A DNA stretch of 64,000 bases from Diplonema japonicum (GCA_964019335.1 OZ025716.1:429232-493231); one strand, 5' to 3'; counted from the first letter of the stretch, positions 10,128 to 21,629 are shown. Program-made: numbers and translations. The notes: generated by a model from the letters alone, not told the origin.

Positions 10128-13100
10128 ATGCTTCTCGTCACGCTGGCTGCCGTGGCCGGGATCCCTCTCTTGAATATCACAACGGGGTCGAACTGGCCTG
10201 CCCCCAACGGGGGCCTCTTCCCGGGTGACGTGCGGGCGAAGGTGGTTGTCCCGAAGAGCACCGGCGGAAAGGTGACGAGCCAGGTGCAGGTGTGGTGGCG
10301 GAGGTCTGACGCGGGCCCCGACAACAAGGGGGTGATGGTGATGGACAGCAGCAACAAGGCCCTCGAGGTGACGGTGACGTACGCCACGAGGGACTGCGGG
10401 GTGATGGATGTGACACACGAGGACGACGGGACCCCCTTTTACGTGTACTGGCTTCCCCACTACCAGTCGGGTGGCGGGGCCAACCTCCACTTCCACTGGT
10501 ACAACTGCACGGAGCAAACGAGGGCGTGCGTCTTGAATTCCGAGCCGACGACGACCGCGACGTGCAGTGCGGTGACACCTGGGGCCTCGTTCGTGCAGGG
10601 GATCGAGAACAGGCCGAACAACAGGGCGTCTCGGGACCACACCCCGGATGGGCACGCCTTCCACGGGTTCACCCCTCTCGAGCTGACCGCGACGGCACAG
10701 GAGATGGAGGCCCACCACAGCTGGCTTCGGGAAGCAGGCACGACGGTGTCGCTGTTCATGGAGAGCAGGAGGAACCATGCTCGCCTCTTCAACTACCTCC
10801 CCGCTCTGTGGGCCAGAAAGAACAACCAGACCAGCTTGGTGGTGAGCGCTGCCCCCGGGGAGTACCTCACCTACCAGGTGGGGTTGTACTCTGCCCAGGG
10901 GACCGTGAACGTGACCGGCGTGACCTTCTCTCCCCTCACCTCCTCTGGTAGCGCTCCCACCATCCCCTCCTCCGTGCAGACCTGCTTCAACCTCGGAGGA
11001 ACAAGTCAAACAGGTGAACCGTTCAAAAAGCAGTTCTTCGTGAAGGAGCAGAAGGTTGGGGTGATGTGGATGGGGGTACAGATCCCGACAACCGCAACCG
11101 GGTCCTTCACGGGGACGGTGCAGGTGAGCACGGGCGGGGGCAGCCCCCTCCCTCCCTTGTCCGTGACCGTGAAGGTGGAAGGGCAGGCTGTGGATGACCA
11201 AGGAGACAGCGACATCTACGGGATGAGCAGGCTGAGGTGGCTGGACTCCACCCTGGGCCACGACGACAGCGTGACCTCCCCGTACACACCGATGACGTAC
11301 ACGACGAACGCTTACGGCATCCTCCTCAGCCTCCTGAACAAGCAGGTGCAGGTCGGTGTGGACGGGATGCCCATGCAGGCGACGGTGACGACGGTGAAGA
11401 CGCGCCTTGGGAAGCAGGTGAATGTTGAGACGATGGCGATGGCCTCCCCGATGAAGTTCGTGGTGAAGGACACAAACGGTGTTTCTCTGAAGCTGAACGC
11501 TGGGGGCGTGAAGGTTGTGAGCCACACAGACGCGGCTGTGGCGTGGGAGGCGACGATGACGGCGACGGCGACGAGCGGAAGCGTGAACCTGGTTGTGAGG
11601 GGAACGGCACACTTTGACTCCTACATCGAGATGTCGATGGTGATCTCTGGGACCGCTGCTGTCGGGGACATCCAGCTCCAGGCGGCTCCCAAGGATGCAG
11701 GGTACATGGTTGGTTGGGACTTGAGCGGGACCACCTTTCAGGATATGGTGTGGCGGTGGACGACCGACAAGCAGAACTGCGCGGTGTGGACGGGTAACGC
11801 GGACGCTGGTATGCTGTTCAAGATCAAGGGGGCTGGTGACGAGTGGAACAACCCCTTGTACAGCAAGGACGACCCACTGATTCCTTTCATCCCCACCTCG
11901 TGGGGTGGTGCGAACTCCACGAACGGTGCCTACGGAGCAAATATCACCAATGGGATCATCACTGCATTCAGCGGCCCCAGGCAGTCGCTCAGCAAGCCCG
12001 TGACATACTTGTTCGACCTTATCTTCACGCCTGCTAAGCCCTTCAACATGAACGAACACTTCGGCGAGAGGTACTTCCAGGTCGGCTACGGGACGCAGTA
12101 CATCTCGCCGCAGGATGTTGCCGCCAAGGGCGCCACCGTTGTGACGCTTCATCAGGGAACACCCGATGTGGTGAACGACACCCTTGTGAACCCTTACATC
12201 AACTACCCCTTTGTCCCCGACACCGTGGAGCTCATGGAGAACTACTCCTCGCAGGCACACGCTCTGGGGATGCGGATGAAGTACTACTACACAGTGAGGG
12301 AGCTGAGCAACCACGCTGTTGAGTTGTATGCTTTGATGTCCCTGCAAGGGGAGATCCTCGCCGACACCGATGCGTACGTCGAGCCGCAGAAGGGGTACTG
12401 CCAAGACTGGGACTGCCACGGGGGAGACGTGTACCTCCACGAGCACCTGGGAACGAACTACACCTACTGCTGGCAGCAATCCCTTTCGAATGGGGACTGG
12501 GACGCGGCCGTGTGCGACAAGGGCGCAACGAGATGGTTCAACTACTACATCGAAGGCTTGGCGTGGGCTGTGAGCAAGGCCCCGCACGTAGACGGAATTT
12601 ACTTCGATGGGATCAACTTCGACCACAAGTCAATGAGGAGATTCCGCAAGGTCCTTGACAAGTCAGCCACGGGGAAGCAGTTCAGCCCTCTCGTCGACAT
12701 CCACACAGGAGACCTTGGATCCAGGGCTCCGCCTGCACCTTCGTACCTACCATACTACGCCCACGCCAACACCCTGTGGAACGGTGAAGGCTTCCAGTTC
12801 AGCAACGGGGAACCGTACTGGTTCGCTGAAGTGTGTGGTGTTCCCTACGGTGTGGCGGTCGACAGGCTTGGAGGCAGCACGAACGACAACTTCCGTGGGA
12901 TGCTGTACGGGACGACACAGAGGAACACGGGGATCGCGTCTTCTCTGTGGGGCTTCTGGGACACGTACAAGATCCAGGAGACGGCGATGTTCGGATACTG
13001 GGAACCTGAAGCAGACCTTCCCTTCACGCTGGACATCCCGGCAGGGACGCAGATCAAGGTGACAACGTTTCTGAAGTACTCCGAGTTCGCGATTGTGGTG

Positions 13101-13289
13101 GTGGCTTCATGGGAGGGCGGCGATGTGGATGTGAAGGTTGTCGGAAACAGCACCGCACTGGGCGGGAGCCCTGTCACGGCGGTCGCTCCTGCCATCTCGG
13201 GGCTGCAGTCCCAGGCGGCGCACGGGAACCTTGCGGCACCCATCAAGGTGGCGGGCAACGCAGGTGTCATCTTGTACGTCACGTTGTGA
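10128..13289 (+). CDS. Secreted DUF6067 / GH123-like glycoside hydrolase, copy 2
   Basis: Paralogue of 2020-5181 (offset 8108). ATG at 10128 follows a pyrimidine tract and CAG acceptor; the ORF-track extension back to 10041 lies within the transposon end. Confidence 0.75.
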   Translation: MLLVTLAAVAGIPLLNITTGSNWPAPNGGLFPGDVRAKVVVPKSTGGKVTSQVQVWWRRSDAGPDNKGVMVMDSSNKALEVTVTYATRDCGVMDVTHEDDGTPFYVYWLPHYQSGGGANLHFHWYNCTEQTRACVLNSEPTTTATCSAVTPGASFVQGIENRPNNRASRDHTPDGHAFHGFTPLELTATAQEMEAHHSWLREAGTTVSLFMESRRNHARLFNYLPALWARKNNQTSLVVSAAPGEYLTYQVGLYSAQGTVNVTGVTFSPLTSSGSAPTIPSSVQTCFNLGGTSQTGEPFKKQFFVKEQKVGVMWMGVQIPTTATGSFTGTVQVSTGGGSPLPPLSVTVKVEGQAVDDQGDSDIYGMSRLRWLDSTLGHDDSVTSPYTPMTYTTNAYGILLSLLNKQVQVGVDGMPMQATVTTVKTRLGKQVNVETMAMASPMKFVVKDTNGVSLKLNAGGVKVVSHTDAAVAWEATMTATATSGSVNLVVRGTAHFDSYIEMSMVISGTAAVGDIQLQAAPKDAGYMVGWDLSGTTFQDMVWRWTTDKQNCAVWTGNADAGMLFKIKGAGDEWNNPLYSKDDPLIPFIPTSWGGANSTNGAYGANITNGIITAFSGPRQSLSKPVTYLFDLIFTPAKPFNMNEHFGERYFQVGYGTQYISPQDVAAKGATVVTLHQGTPDVVNDTLVNPYINYPFVPDTVELMENYSSQAHALGMRMKYYYTVRELSNHAVELYALMSLQGEILADTDAYVEPQKGYCQDWDCHGGDVYLHEHLGTNYTYCWQQSLSNGDWDAAVCDKGATRWFNYYIEGLAWAVSKAPHVDGIYFDGINFDHKSMRRFRKVLDKSATGKQFSPLVDIHTGDLGSRAPPAPSYLPYYAHANTLWNGEGFQFSNGEPYWFAEVCGVPYGVAVDRLGGSTNDNFRGMLYGTTQRNTGIASSLWGFWDTYKIQETAMFGYWEPEADLPFTLDIPAGTQIKVTTFLKYSEFAIVVVASWEGGDVDVKVVGNSTALGGSPVTAVAPAISGLQSQAAHGNLAAPIKVAGNAGVILYVTL

Positions 13290-14051
13290 GGTGGGACTAG
13301 CATCAGCAATACGTATTGAGGGCTTCGACAGTAATAGTTTTTTTTTTTTTTTTCTCGCGTTGTTATCTCACGCCTCATCTCTTGAAGTGCATGAAAGCAC
13401 ATGAGATGAGCCGTAACCATCTAAAAACTCGCATTTTTTTAGATAGCTAACTGCCAACGTAGGAAGGCGAGGGACGAAATGATTCTGCGCACATGGAATG
13501 GAGCTCTCCTCCATGTGCATGTGTGTGCATCGAACTCAGTCTTCCCCCTTTTGTGCGAACCATTCTTTAAATCGGTGATCCCCATACCACACTAGATTTA
13601 CTGGATTTTAAGATCAGAATACGCGGCCAAGGATCGATGAAAGTGCCGGCATTCAAACCCGTCACAAGACCACAGCACTGCTGTTGATACCATTCAGCAG
13701 TTGGGATGTGCAGTGATCTTCGATTTTGGTGGTCGCATACTAGGTCGCATCATTTTACTTTTCACTACCCCCCAAGACTCTTTTTTTTTTCCTTCTCTTT
13801 TCTATGCCTTCTAGGATTGCCGCGCAGGGAGCGTGACGTCCGTAGAACCGATTGGAAGAGATTATAGTTTCATTTTTTTTTTTTTTTTTCCGGTTTCGAC
13901 TTTTGGTGCGTGCCCAGATTTTTTCCGATTTTTCTTTTTCCGTGTTTTTATTTTACTTTTTTTTACGTTCTTCCCCTCCCATGATTTTCATAATGTTAAA
14001 TCTTTTTAAAAAAAGAAAAAGGTCTTTTCTGCAAACAACACTTACTACAAA

Positions 14052-14952
14052 ATGTCGGACGAGATTGCTGCAGCTAGGGCGAACCTGAAGAAGAACAAGG
14101 TCGACGGCAGTGTCCCAACTCCTTCCCAGAACGACACCTTCATCGCAAAGAAGGGACCCGCACAGGCAGCCGGCGACGTTCGAAAGGAAAGCAGGCTTGC
14201 CAGCAACGGCCTCGACAGGGAGACAGAGGACAAGAACGCGGTCAGCGATGCCCACGACTTTGCCAATCTGAGGGCGGGTCTCAAAAAGGTATATCATGAA
14301 AAGTTTAAAAAGAAACGGAAAAAAAAAAAAAAAAAAAAAAAAAAAGACGGGTTCGTCACCTGCTGTGAAGAAGGACACCAAGATCGAGAAAGAAGGCAGG
14401 CTTGCCAACAACGGCCTTGACAGGGAGGCGGAGGACAAGAACGCGGTCAGCGATTCCCATGACTTTGCCAATTTGAGGGCGGGTCTCAAAAAGGTGTGTA
14501 CTCCCCCTTCCCCCATTTTCCTTTTATAATAATAATAATAGACCGGTTCTTCACCTGCTGTGAAGAGAGACGCGAAAATTGAGAAAGAAGGCAGGCTAGC
14601 CAACAACGGTCTTGACAGGGAGGCGGAGGACAAGAACGCGGTCAGCGATGCCCATGACTTTGCCAATTTGAGGGCGGGTCTCAAGAAAGCTGGTTCGGGA
14701 GACAAGAAGACCAGCGAAGCAAAGCTCGAGGCTGCCAGGGCAAGAACTGGTCATGACCCTAGTGAGGTGAAGGTCAGCAATCAGATGTTCGTGAGCAAGA
14801 AACAAGCACCGCAAGCCGCCGGTGACGTAAGGAAGGAAAAGGACGGAAGGCTCACCGAAAATGGTATGAACAGAGTGGCGGAGGACAAGAACGCAATCGG
14901 CGACGAGCATAACTTCGCTAATCTGAGAGCAGGCCTCAGGAAGACAGCATAA
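14052..14952 (+). CDS. WH2/actobindin-like repeat protein (putative actin-monomer binding), 3 exons
   Basis: Exons 14052-14288, 14347-14493, 14542-14952 joined by phase-0 GT-AG introns. Four repeats end HxFANLRAGL(K/R)K, plus N-terminal ARANLKK (LKKT-type WH2 motif). Confidence 0.6.
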
Positions 14953-15783
14953 CACCGAAAGAATGGAAAAGAAGAGGTGATTTCATATTTTTTTTTTCTA
15001 ATAATCCCTCATAAGCGTGGTGTGTTTTAGTTTTTCTTTTTTATTCCACTCGTTATGTGTCCCTTTCACCCCCGATTCTGAGACGGTGGTTTATTTTACT
15101 CTATATTTTCTTAATTCAAAAAATGGAAACCACAGAATTACTTTATCATTATCGATAAGGGCACACCTCCTTTTTTTTTTTTTTTTTTTTTTGCAAGAAT
15201 GAGTCCTTGACTTGTCTAAACAAATGGGGAGCGTAAGCGGCACGTACAAAACAACGGCTAGTTCCTCTTTTTTTCCCCCCCCTATAGTATACCTTTCCCC
15301 CCCCTGCGGGATTTTCTTGCATTGGGGAAATTACTTTTTTTTAGGGTATCTATTTCCCTCTTTTTTTACACTCACTTTATAAATGCTTAATGCATGTGTG
15401 CTCCCTTGACCCTGTTTTTTTTCTTCTTTATTTGAGAGAAAAGAAAGAAAAGTAAGAAAAGAAAAGTTGCTTTTTTGAGTCTTTCCATATTTTCTTTTTT
15501 CTAGGTTTGGAACAATGCTGTTTTCTTTTCACCTGGAATTAATCCAGCCAGCATCCCTCCCCCAGCAAGAGCTGTGCTGAGCCTTTTCTCCCTTATGTTC
15601 TTTTTCTTTTTTCCCTCTTTTTTTTTCTCCCTCCCTTCTTTTTTTTTTTATTTCTCCCCCTCTCCCCTCTCCCCTCCCCATTCCTGTTTTCTTTTTTTCT
15701 TCTTGTTCTTTCCCGTCAGAAGGAGACAAATCAAAATAAGAAAAAGCAAGGTTCAAGGACATTATAATAAAAAGAAAAAGAAA

Positions 15784-16368
15784 ATGATGAGGGTAAAGCT
15801 AGCAACGGGGAAGAAAGAGAAGAGCGCGAAAGAAAAGAAGGCGAAAAAAGAAAGAAAAGTGAAAAAAGAGAAAAAGGTGAAGAAGGAAGGAGTGAAGAGG
15901 AAAGGGAGATTCATCATCGCCAACTACAGCAAGCACGTGCGCATAAAGAGGAAGCGACTAGTGGGAGTTCGGGAGTACGTCGGTCAAGTGAATGAGAAAT
16001 CCGTAAGAAGTTCAAAGGTAGGAAAGGGGTCTCTCAAGGTGGAGGACTGCATGAGCTCCAGAGGGATCGAAGGGATGCTCTACCAGATCCCTGAAGGCAC
16101 GGCCATCATCACCCGGAGCGAAAAACCAGCCTTCAGCCAGACCACAGCCATCCACATCGACAAGCCTGGGGTGTCAAACCCACATTGTGCCTTGTACCAT
16201 ACACAAGACTCCTTCTGCCTTACGGATCTTGGCAGCACGAATGGCACCCTCATTAATAGCTCTCGATGTCGGCCTTATGAGGAGTACCCCATCACCAACG
16301 GTGATGTCATTAGGTACTGTGGGGAAAGAAGAAGAAAAAAAAAAAGATTTTTTGGTGGGCAACTCTGA
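15784..16368 (+). CDS. FHA-domain protein with Lys-rich N-terminus (3' end probably spliced)
   Basis: VSNPHCAL...LTDLGSTNGTLIN...ITNGDVIR are FHA signature motifs. Confidence 0.7.
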   Translation: MMRVKLATGKKEKSAKEKKAKKERKVKKEKKVKKEGVKRKGRFIIANYSKHVRIKRKRLVGVREYVGQVNEKSVRSSKVGKGSLKVEDCMSSRGIEGMLYQIPEGTAIITRSEKPAFSQTTAIHIDKPGVSNPHCALYHTQDSFCLTDLGSTNGTLINSSRCRPYEEYPITNGDVIRYCGERRRKKKRFFGGQL

Positions 16369-16797
16369 AATTACTTCACCACGAGGGGGCTAAAGGGGTG
16401 ACGGGTTTTCGACATTTCGAGTTTCCAGGGGTTGGGGAGGTGAAAGTTGTGAAAAGGTAGAAAATATAGGCCAACTGGACTGATCCTAGCATACCGAGGC
16501 TATTATTATTAGCCCCTGAGTGCGTGAAGTAGTTTCAGCAGGGTGAAATAAAAAACTATGAAATCACAGTTTTGGAACGCTTTGTTGTAAGTATTCTGTG
16601 AAGGAGTGACGAGGAGGGGGGGGTGACAATCCTTTTTTTTTTAAAAACGGGTTTGCGGGCGGGTTTGCGGGTAAACTCTTTTTTCTTTTTGTTTTTTGCC
16701 TGAACAAGAAAAACAATATATTGATAATGAATTGTTATTGCTAATAGAGCAGTGGGAGTAAGGGCGAGGAGAAGGAACACAAGAAAAAAGCAAAGAA

Positions 16798-17778
16798 ATG
16801 TTCCGCTGCTGCCGACGGTCGCTCTGCACTACGGTGATGAGGAACACGATGCCGAACGAGACATCGCGCACAAGGGTGGGGATCTTCGTCGATGCGGAGA
16901 ATGTGGATAAGAGCTGCAGGGAAGAGCTCAAGGCTGTGGTCAACAAGTACGGGAGGGTGGTGACGTCGCTATGCTACGGCGGGCTTCACACGCTAGACTG
17001 GAGCGAAGACGGGCAGCTTGGCGGCATGCAACACGTCTTAGTAGAGCCAATGGACGAAATGGCGGACATGCGGTTGGCCTACGATGTGGTCACAAAAGTA
17101 CAGGCTGGCAACCTTGATTTAGTAATGCTTGTGACAGGGGACTCCGACTTCGCAGAGCTAGCAAACTACGTAAGGTCACAAGGTGTGGTAGTCCACGCAT
17201 TCGGGTTCTGGAGCGAGACTAACAATGCTTTCAAGTTTGCAGTGGACACGTTCCACACCAGAACAGACTCGTTCAACAGGAAGGTGAACATCTCAGTCGT
17301 GACTGGTCGCGAGGCTCCGGAGCTATGGCTCAAGAACGAGACGACCGGCGAGATGGAATCTGCGCCCCCCCCAAGCAAGGGCTTCCCGTCTCCTCTGCAC
17401 GAGAGGTTCGCCATGTCGATGTACGACGTCACGCCACTCCCCTCATACACCACTCCAGACGGTGTCCCTCTTGACGAAGCGGCACAAGCCCGAGTTCAAC
17501 CCCAGTTCATCAGCAGAAAAGCAACTAGCACATTACCCGTATTCCGCCCGCCCGCACCAACACCCAAAAATGTCGCTGTTCCCGATCAAAACACCCGAAG
17601 GATGGAAGAGGCCAAGCGACTTCATAATAAACTGCTCTCCGAGGTGCAAAGTGAGCTTGAGGAGCCGCGGGAACGAGAGAAGGAACGTGAGCCACCACGC
17701 CGGGAGGCACCCCCACCCCCTGCCAGGTCGTCGTCGGAGACCTTCGCGAAGCTGTCTGGCATGCAGAATCCATTTTAA
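16798..17778 (+). CDS. NYN (LabA/DUF88, PIN-like) domain protein, possible mitochondrial presequence
   Basis: IFVDAENV, ADMRLAYD, LVTGDSDF...RSQGVVVHAFG; Arg-rich N-terminus MFRCCRRSLCTT. Confidence 0.8.
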   Translation: MFRCCRRSLCTTVMRNTMPNETSRTRVGIFVDAENVDKSCREELKAVVNKYGRVVTSLCYGGLHTLDWSEDGQLGGMQHVLVEPMDEMADMRLAYDVVTKVQAGNLDLVMLVTGDSDFAELANYVRSQGVVVHAFGFWSETNNAFKFAVDTFHTRTDSFNRKVNISVVTGREAPELWLKNETTGEMESAPPPSKGFPSPLHERFAMSMYDVTPLPSYTTPDGVPLDEAAQARVQPQFISRKATSTLPVFRPPAPTPKNVAVPDQNTRRMEEAKRLHNKLLSEVQSELEEPREREKEREPPRREAPPPPARSSSETFAKLSGMQNPF

Positions 17779-17965
17779 GAAGTGGTCACTTTTCTTTTAT
17801 TGAGGTGAGGATAACATGGAGATATAAAGAAGCATCAGACGTGTTGTTCGCTGTTGACCTCCTCGTAGTAATCACCGGTAGCACCAACACTGGCCTCCCT
17901 CTCATCTCTTATATTTATTGTGATTTTTTCCCGTTGCATCACATTGACAGTCTGCATTACACACC

Positions 17966-18466
17966 ATGGACGACGATGATGACGATGACAAGGTAACCGC
18001 CAGGTACAAAGAAGTGAAGCGGCGGTTGGGGATGAGAACAGTTACTGGTCTGAGTGATGAACAGATAGCGAGGATATGCTGCGAAGAGGAAGACGACAGA
18101 ACTGTGTTGGAATACCAGGCAGTGTACCAAGTGGACATGTGGAATGAACGACTGGCTGGTGAGCTGCAGCATCTGCAGAGAAGACAGGATATTAAAGAGC
18201 TTATTGCAGAAGAGAAAGCAGAGCAGTACACCATGGACAAGATGCTGGCCTTTGAGATTGAATGCGAGGAGGCGGCCATTGGTGCAATGAAGCACATTGC
18301 ACCCCCCCACGTTGAGGCACTTGCCATATCTGAGGAAGAACAACGCATTCAACTGGAGCGTCTCTGGCAGCACACCACCCAGACACACCTCATACACTTT
18401 GTGAATAGGTACCACTCCCTTCATGACACCGATCACTGGATGGATATTTTATTGAGTCCTGTGTGA
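17966..18466 (+). CDS. Hypothetical coiled-coil protein (166 aa)
   Basis: ATG ORF with E/Q-rich helical composition. Confidence 0.5.
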   Translation: MDDDDDDDKVTARYKEVKRRLGMRTVTGLSDEQIARICCEEEDDRTVLEYQAVYQVDMWNERLAGELQHLQRRQDIKELIAEEKAEQYTMDKMLAFEIECEEAAIGAMKHIAPPHVEALAISEEEQRIQLERLWQHTTQTHLIHFVNRYHSLHDTDHWMDILLSPV

Positions 18467-18983
18467 TGTGATCTTGAGAAAGGCCACATTGTTTTCTTTC
18501 TTTGATTAGTTGTGCCACGGGGGACAACAGATTTCCAAAGAAGTTTCAACAAGAAAGAACAAATGTCGAAGCTTCAGAAGGGAGTAAGATGGGCGTCTCA
18601 GGCGTCCCCTAGTTCTGTAAGCCAATGACGGTACGACGCTTCTCATGAGGCTGTGCCCCTTCAATATTTCGTCTGTGATCACGCAGAGCTGACCTGCGCC
18701 ATGGGCGCCGAGAGAGATATTCAAATGCCCACAGATGGACCTGCAAGCATAGGTTCACCGTACGTCGCAAGACAGATCAAGGCAGCTAAGGTGTCCATCA
18801 ACGCGATTTAAGAAGTAGAACGAAATATCTAGTCCCGCAACCGCGATGAAGACAATACGTTGTTAAAGTACAGCAGGAACAAGATTTATCGGCCGCAGTG
18901 TGACGACTCATTTGTGAATAGAAAAGAAGTAGGAATAAAATGAATAAGGTTTGAACATACTGCACAATTGACTAGGTTTCAAC

Positions 18984-19534
18984 ATGGCATCCATACCCAC
19001 GACACCAGGCAGAGACAGCACACCCAGGAGGGGGCGGGACTCCGTCCGGAGCCCGTCTGCCTCTAAGAGAGGTTATTCGACTGCTTCCGTTGAGGCAAGA
19101 CGTGCGTCTGCGCCGCTGCATAAACCTAAGAGGACAGCAGAAAAGTTTGAGGTGAAGACCCTGGCTGACAACAGGGCAAGAGAGCAGGCACGGAAATCTG
19201 TACACGCAAGAAAGCAACAGGCTGAGGCGCTAAACACACCCCCCCTGTGCCCACACCCAACAGGGGCAGATTAGAGGAGATGAGACTAAAGCGAAAACTA
19301 TTGCAGCTTGAAGCAGAGAAGTCCGAAGAACCGGCAGCATCTGTGAAAAAGTCTCTTCAGTTGAGAAGAGATGAGCTTAAGCAGAAGAAAGGCACCGACA
19401 AAAGTAGCCACCAGGTATGAAAGCACCAGCTGAGACTCCACCTCACATCAGACCACACGGTACCACGACCTTTTGAAGGAGACAAAGCGGCCGAGGCTCT
19501 CCGTTCCGATCGTAAGCGTCAGCACTAGCTCCTA
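18984..19534 (+). CDS. Hypothetical basic protein, probably spliced
   Basis: ORF 18984-19274 plus a downstream frame (GRLEEMRLKRKLL...) and a GTATG...CAG intron near 19415-19451. The first junction could not be resolved with a canonical GT donor. Confidence 0.3.
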
Positions 19535-20087
19535 GACAATTGTAATTAGAAAACTAAGTTGCCTGACACTGTTCTGTTTCTTTTTTGTGGCACTATTTTA
19601 TTTTCTAACTTAGGCTGACCCCGCAGCTCCGGGAATGGTGAGCAGATGCTGGTTGGCTGCTGTGCGGTGGCGGAGGAGGGAACGTCTGTATCCGCGATCG
19701 AGTTGGCGATTAATTTTAAACAGATAGACCCCCCTCCTCCCATAGGGCGGCCCTCTAGCGGGGGGCTTGTCCTGTACTTTGATTTTTAAATGCGAAGAAG
19801 ACGTTGGGGTCAACGTAAACACCACGATTGGCATAGAAGGCGGTGAGGATCAAGCGAGATTGTCCCCACAATCCAACACCACATCGAAGACCATGAAGCC
19901 CCCGTAGCCAGGTAGGCAGTGTTGTAGTCGACAAAGGTGTTCCCTCTTGGTAAGCCAAGTTGGTGTCCACAGAACCGAGCAGTACATGGGGAGAAGGGTT
20001 GCTGAAGTCGATGATGTTGGTCACAGGTAGCACCGAATGACATCCGCAACCGGTGCACGTCCTTTAGGGGACCGTGCAGCTCCCTCC

Positions 20088-20237
20088 ATGAAGGTAGAAG
20101 GGCAGGCTGTGGATGACCAAGGGGACAGCGACATCTACGGGATGCAGGCTGAGGTGGCTGGACTCCCAGCCTCCTGAACAAGCAGGTGCAGGTCGGTGTG
20201 GACGGGATGCCCATGTAAGCGATGGTGACGACGGTGA
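20088..20237 (+). pseudogene. Decayed fragment of the DUF6067 glycoside hydrolase gene
   Basis: Matches ~3062-3141 and ~3218-3290 (GGGCAGGCTGTGGATGACCAAGG..., CAGCCTCCTGAACAAGCAGGTGCAGGTCGG...) with an internal deletion and frameshifts. Confidence 0.8.
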
Positions 20238-20375
20238 CTCGCCTGCACTTGAAGGACAGTTTGACCGCTATCAGACTTGCGGACGAAACTTTTCTTTGGA
20301 CGGCCAGGGTGTAGTTACTTTGTCAGCTCTACATTTCTTCCGGGCAGCATTCTTGCAGGTTTCCACAAAAAGAAG

Positions 20376-21629
20376 ATGAGGGAGATTGTCACGATTCAGA
20401 TCGGTGGATGCGGTGTAAGGATGGGGTCGAGGTTCTGGGGGGAGGTCATAGAGGAGCGGGGCATCACGCGGGATGGAGAGGGCTTGACCAGCATGGAGAA
20501 CGGGAGGCTGTTTGAGGAAGGAAAGAACGGGCGGTTGGTACCGAGGAGCATCATGCTGGACACAGACCCCGCCACCATCGACATCCTGGAAGGGTGTTCG
20601 CTGGGTTCCCTGTTCAGGCCTGACTACAACATTCGGGGCAGTGGCGGGACGGGGAATTTGTATGCTGTGGGACGGTATGAGTGCTCGGATGTGAGGGATC
20701 AGGCACTGGATGTTCTTCGGAGGCAGGTTGAGACTTGTGATCGGTTGGAAGGCTTCCAGCTGTGCCACTCGCTGTGTGGTGGAACAGGGTCTGGAGTGAC
20801 GCATGCGTTGCTCGAGGACCTGAGGCAGTGCTACAGTGACAAGGTGGTGACGACGTACACACACACCGACGCAACCCCGAGGGAAGGGTGGAGCACTGTG
20901 CAGACCTACAACATGGTGCTTGGGACAAATCCGCTGGTGGAATATGCAGACATGACAGTGTACCTGGATGGTGTGTTGATGAGGAACCAGGCGGTGCAGC
21001 AAGGGACGAAGTGCTTCGCCCCAGCAGGCAAGCTCATCAACACGGTCTGCTCAGCCGACACCAACATGAGGAAGATCGCAACGAATTTGATCCCCTTTCC
21101 GAGAATGCACTTCTTGACCCCCAGCTACTCCACACCCGCACCTCACGATGACAGCTCTTGTGACACCCTCGTACGCAAGGTGATAACAAAGAGGGACTTC
21201 CTCTTTCCTTGTAAGTTTGACAGTACCTACACTACAGCTGTGTTCTTGAGGGGCCCTGGTGTCACAACTTGTGATGTGGAACAGGCAAGTGGGTTTATGA
21301 AGAATACGATAAATTTCAGACACACTTCATGGATACCTGACAAGATCTATGCCGCGTCTGGCAAGGCGGCCACCATGTCAGCCGCGCTTCTTGTCAACGA
21401 AGGAAGCGGTGTACGCGACTACAGCAAAGCCCTCGGGGATCAGTTCACGGCGGGCTTCAGACGTAAGGCCTTTCTCCATTGGTATACGGAGAAAGGGATG
21501 GATGAAATGGAGTTCACTGAGGCTGAATCTAATCTAAACGATCTGTTAACTGAGTACTCCTGGAGTTGCTGCTGGGTGCACACAGAGGAGGAGGAGGGGA
21601 GCTTTGATGAAGAAGAAGAAGAAGACTAA
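20376..21629 (+). CDS. Divergent beta-tubulin-like protein, copy 2
   Basis: Paralogue of 5840-7072 (offset 14536); same motifs, longer acidic tail EEEEGSFDEEEEED. Confidence 0.85.
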   Translation: MREIVTIQIGGCGVRMGSRFWGEVIEERGITRDGEGLTSMENGRLFEEGKNGRLVPRSIMLDTDPATIDILEGCSLGSLFRPDYNIRGSGGTGNLYAVGRYECSDVRDQALDVLRRQVETCDRLEGFQLCHSLCGGTGSGVTHALLEDLRQCYSDKVVTTYTHTDATPREGWSTVQTYNMVLGTNPLVEYADMTVYLDGVLMRNQAVQQGTKCFAPAGKLINTVCSADTNMRKIATNLIPFPRMHFLTPSYSTPAPHDDSSCDTLVRKVITKRDFLFPCKFDSTYTTAVFLRGPGVTTCDVEQASGFMKNTINFRHTSWIPDKIYAASGKAATMSAALLVNEGSGVRDYSKALGDQFTAGFRRKAFLHWYTEKGMDEMEFTEAESNLNDLLTEYSWSCCWVHTEEEEGSFDEEEEED

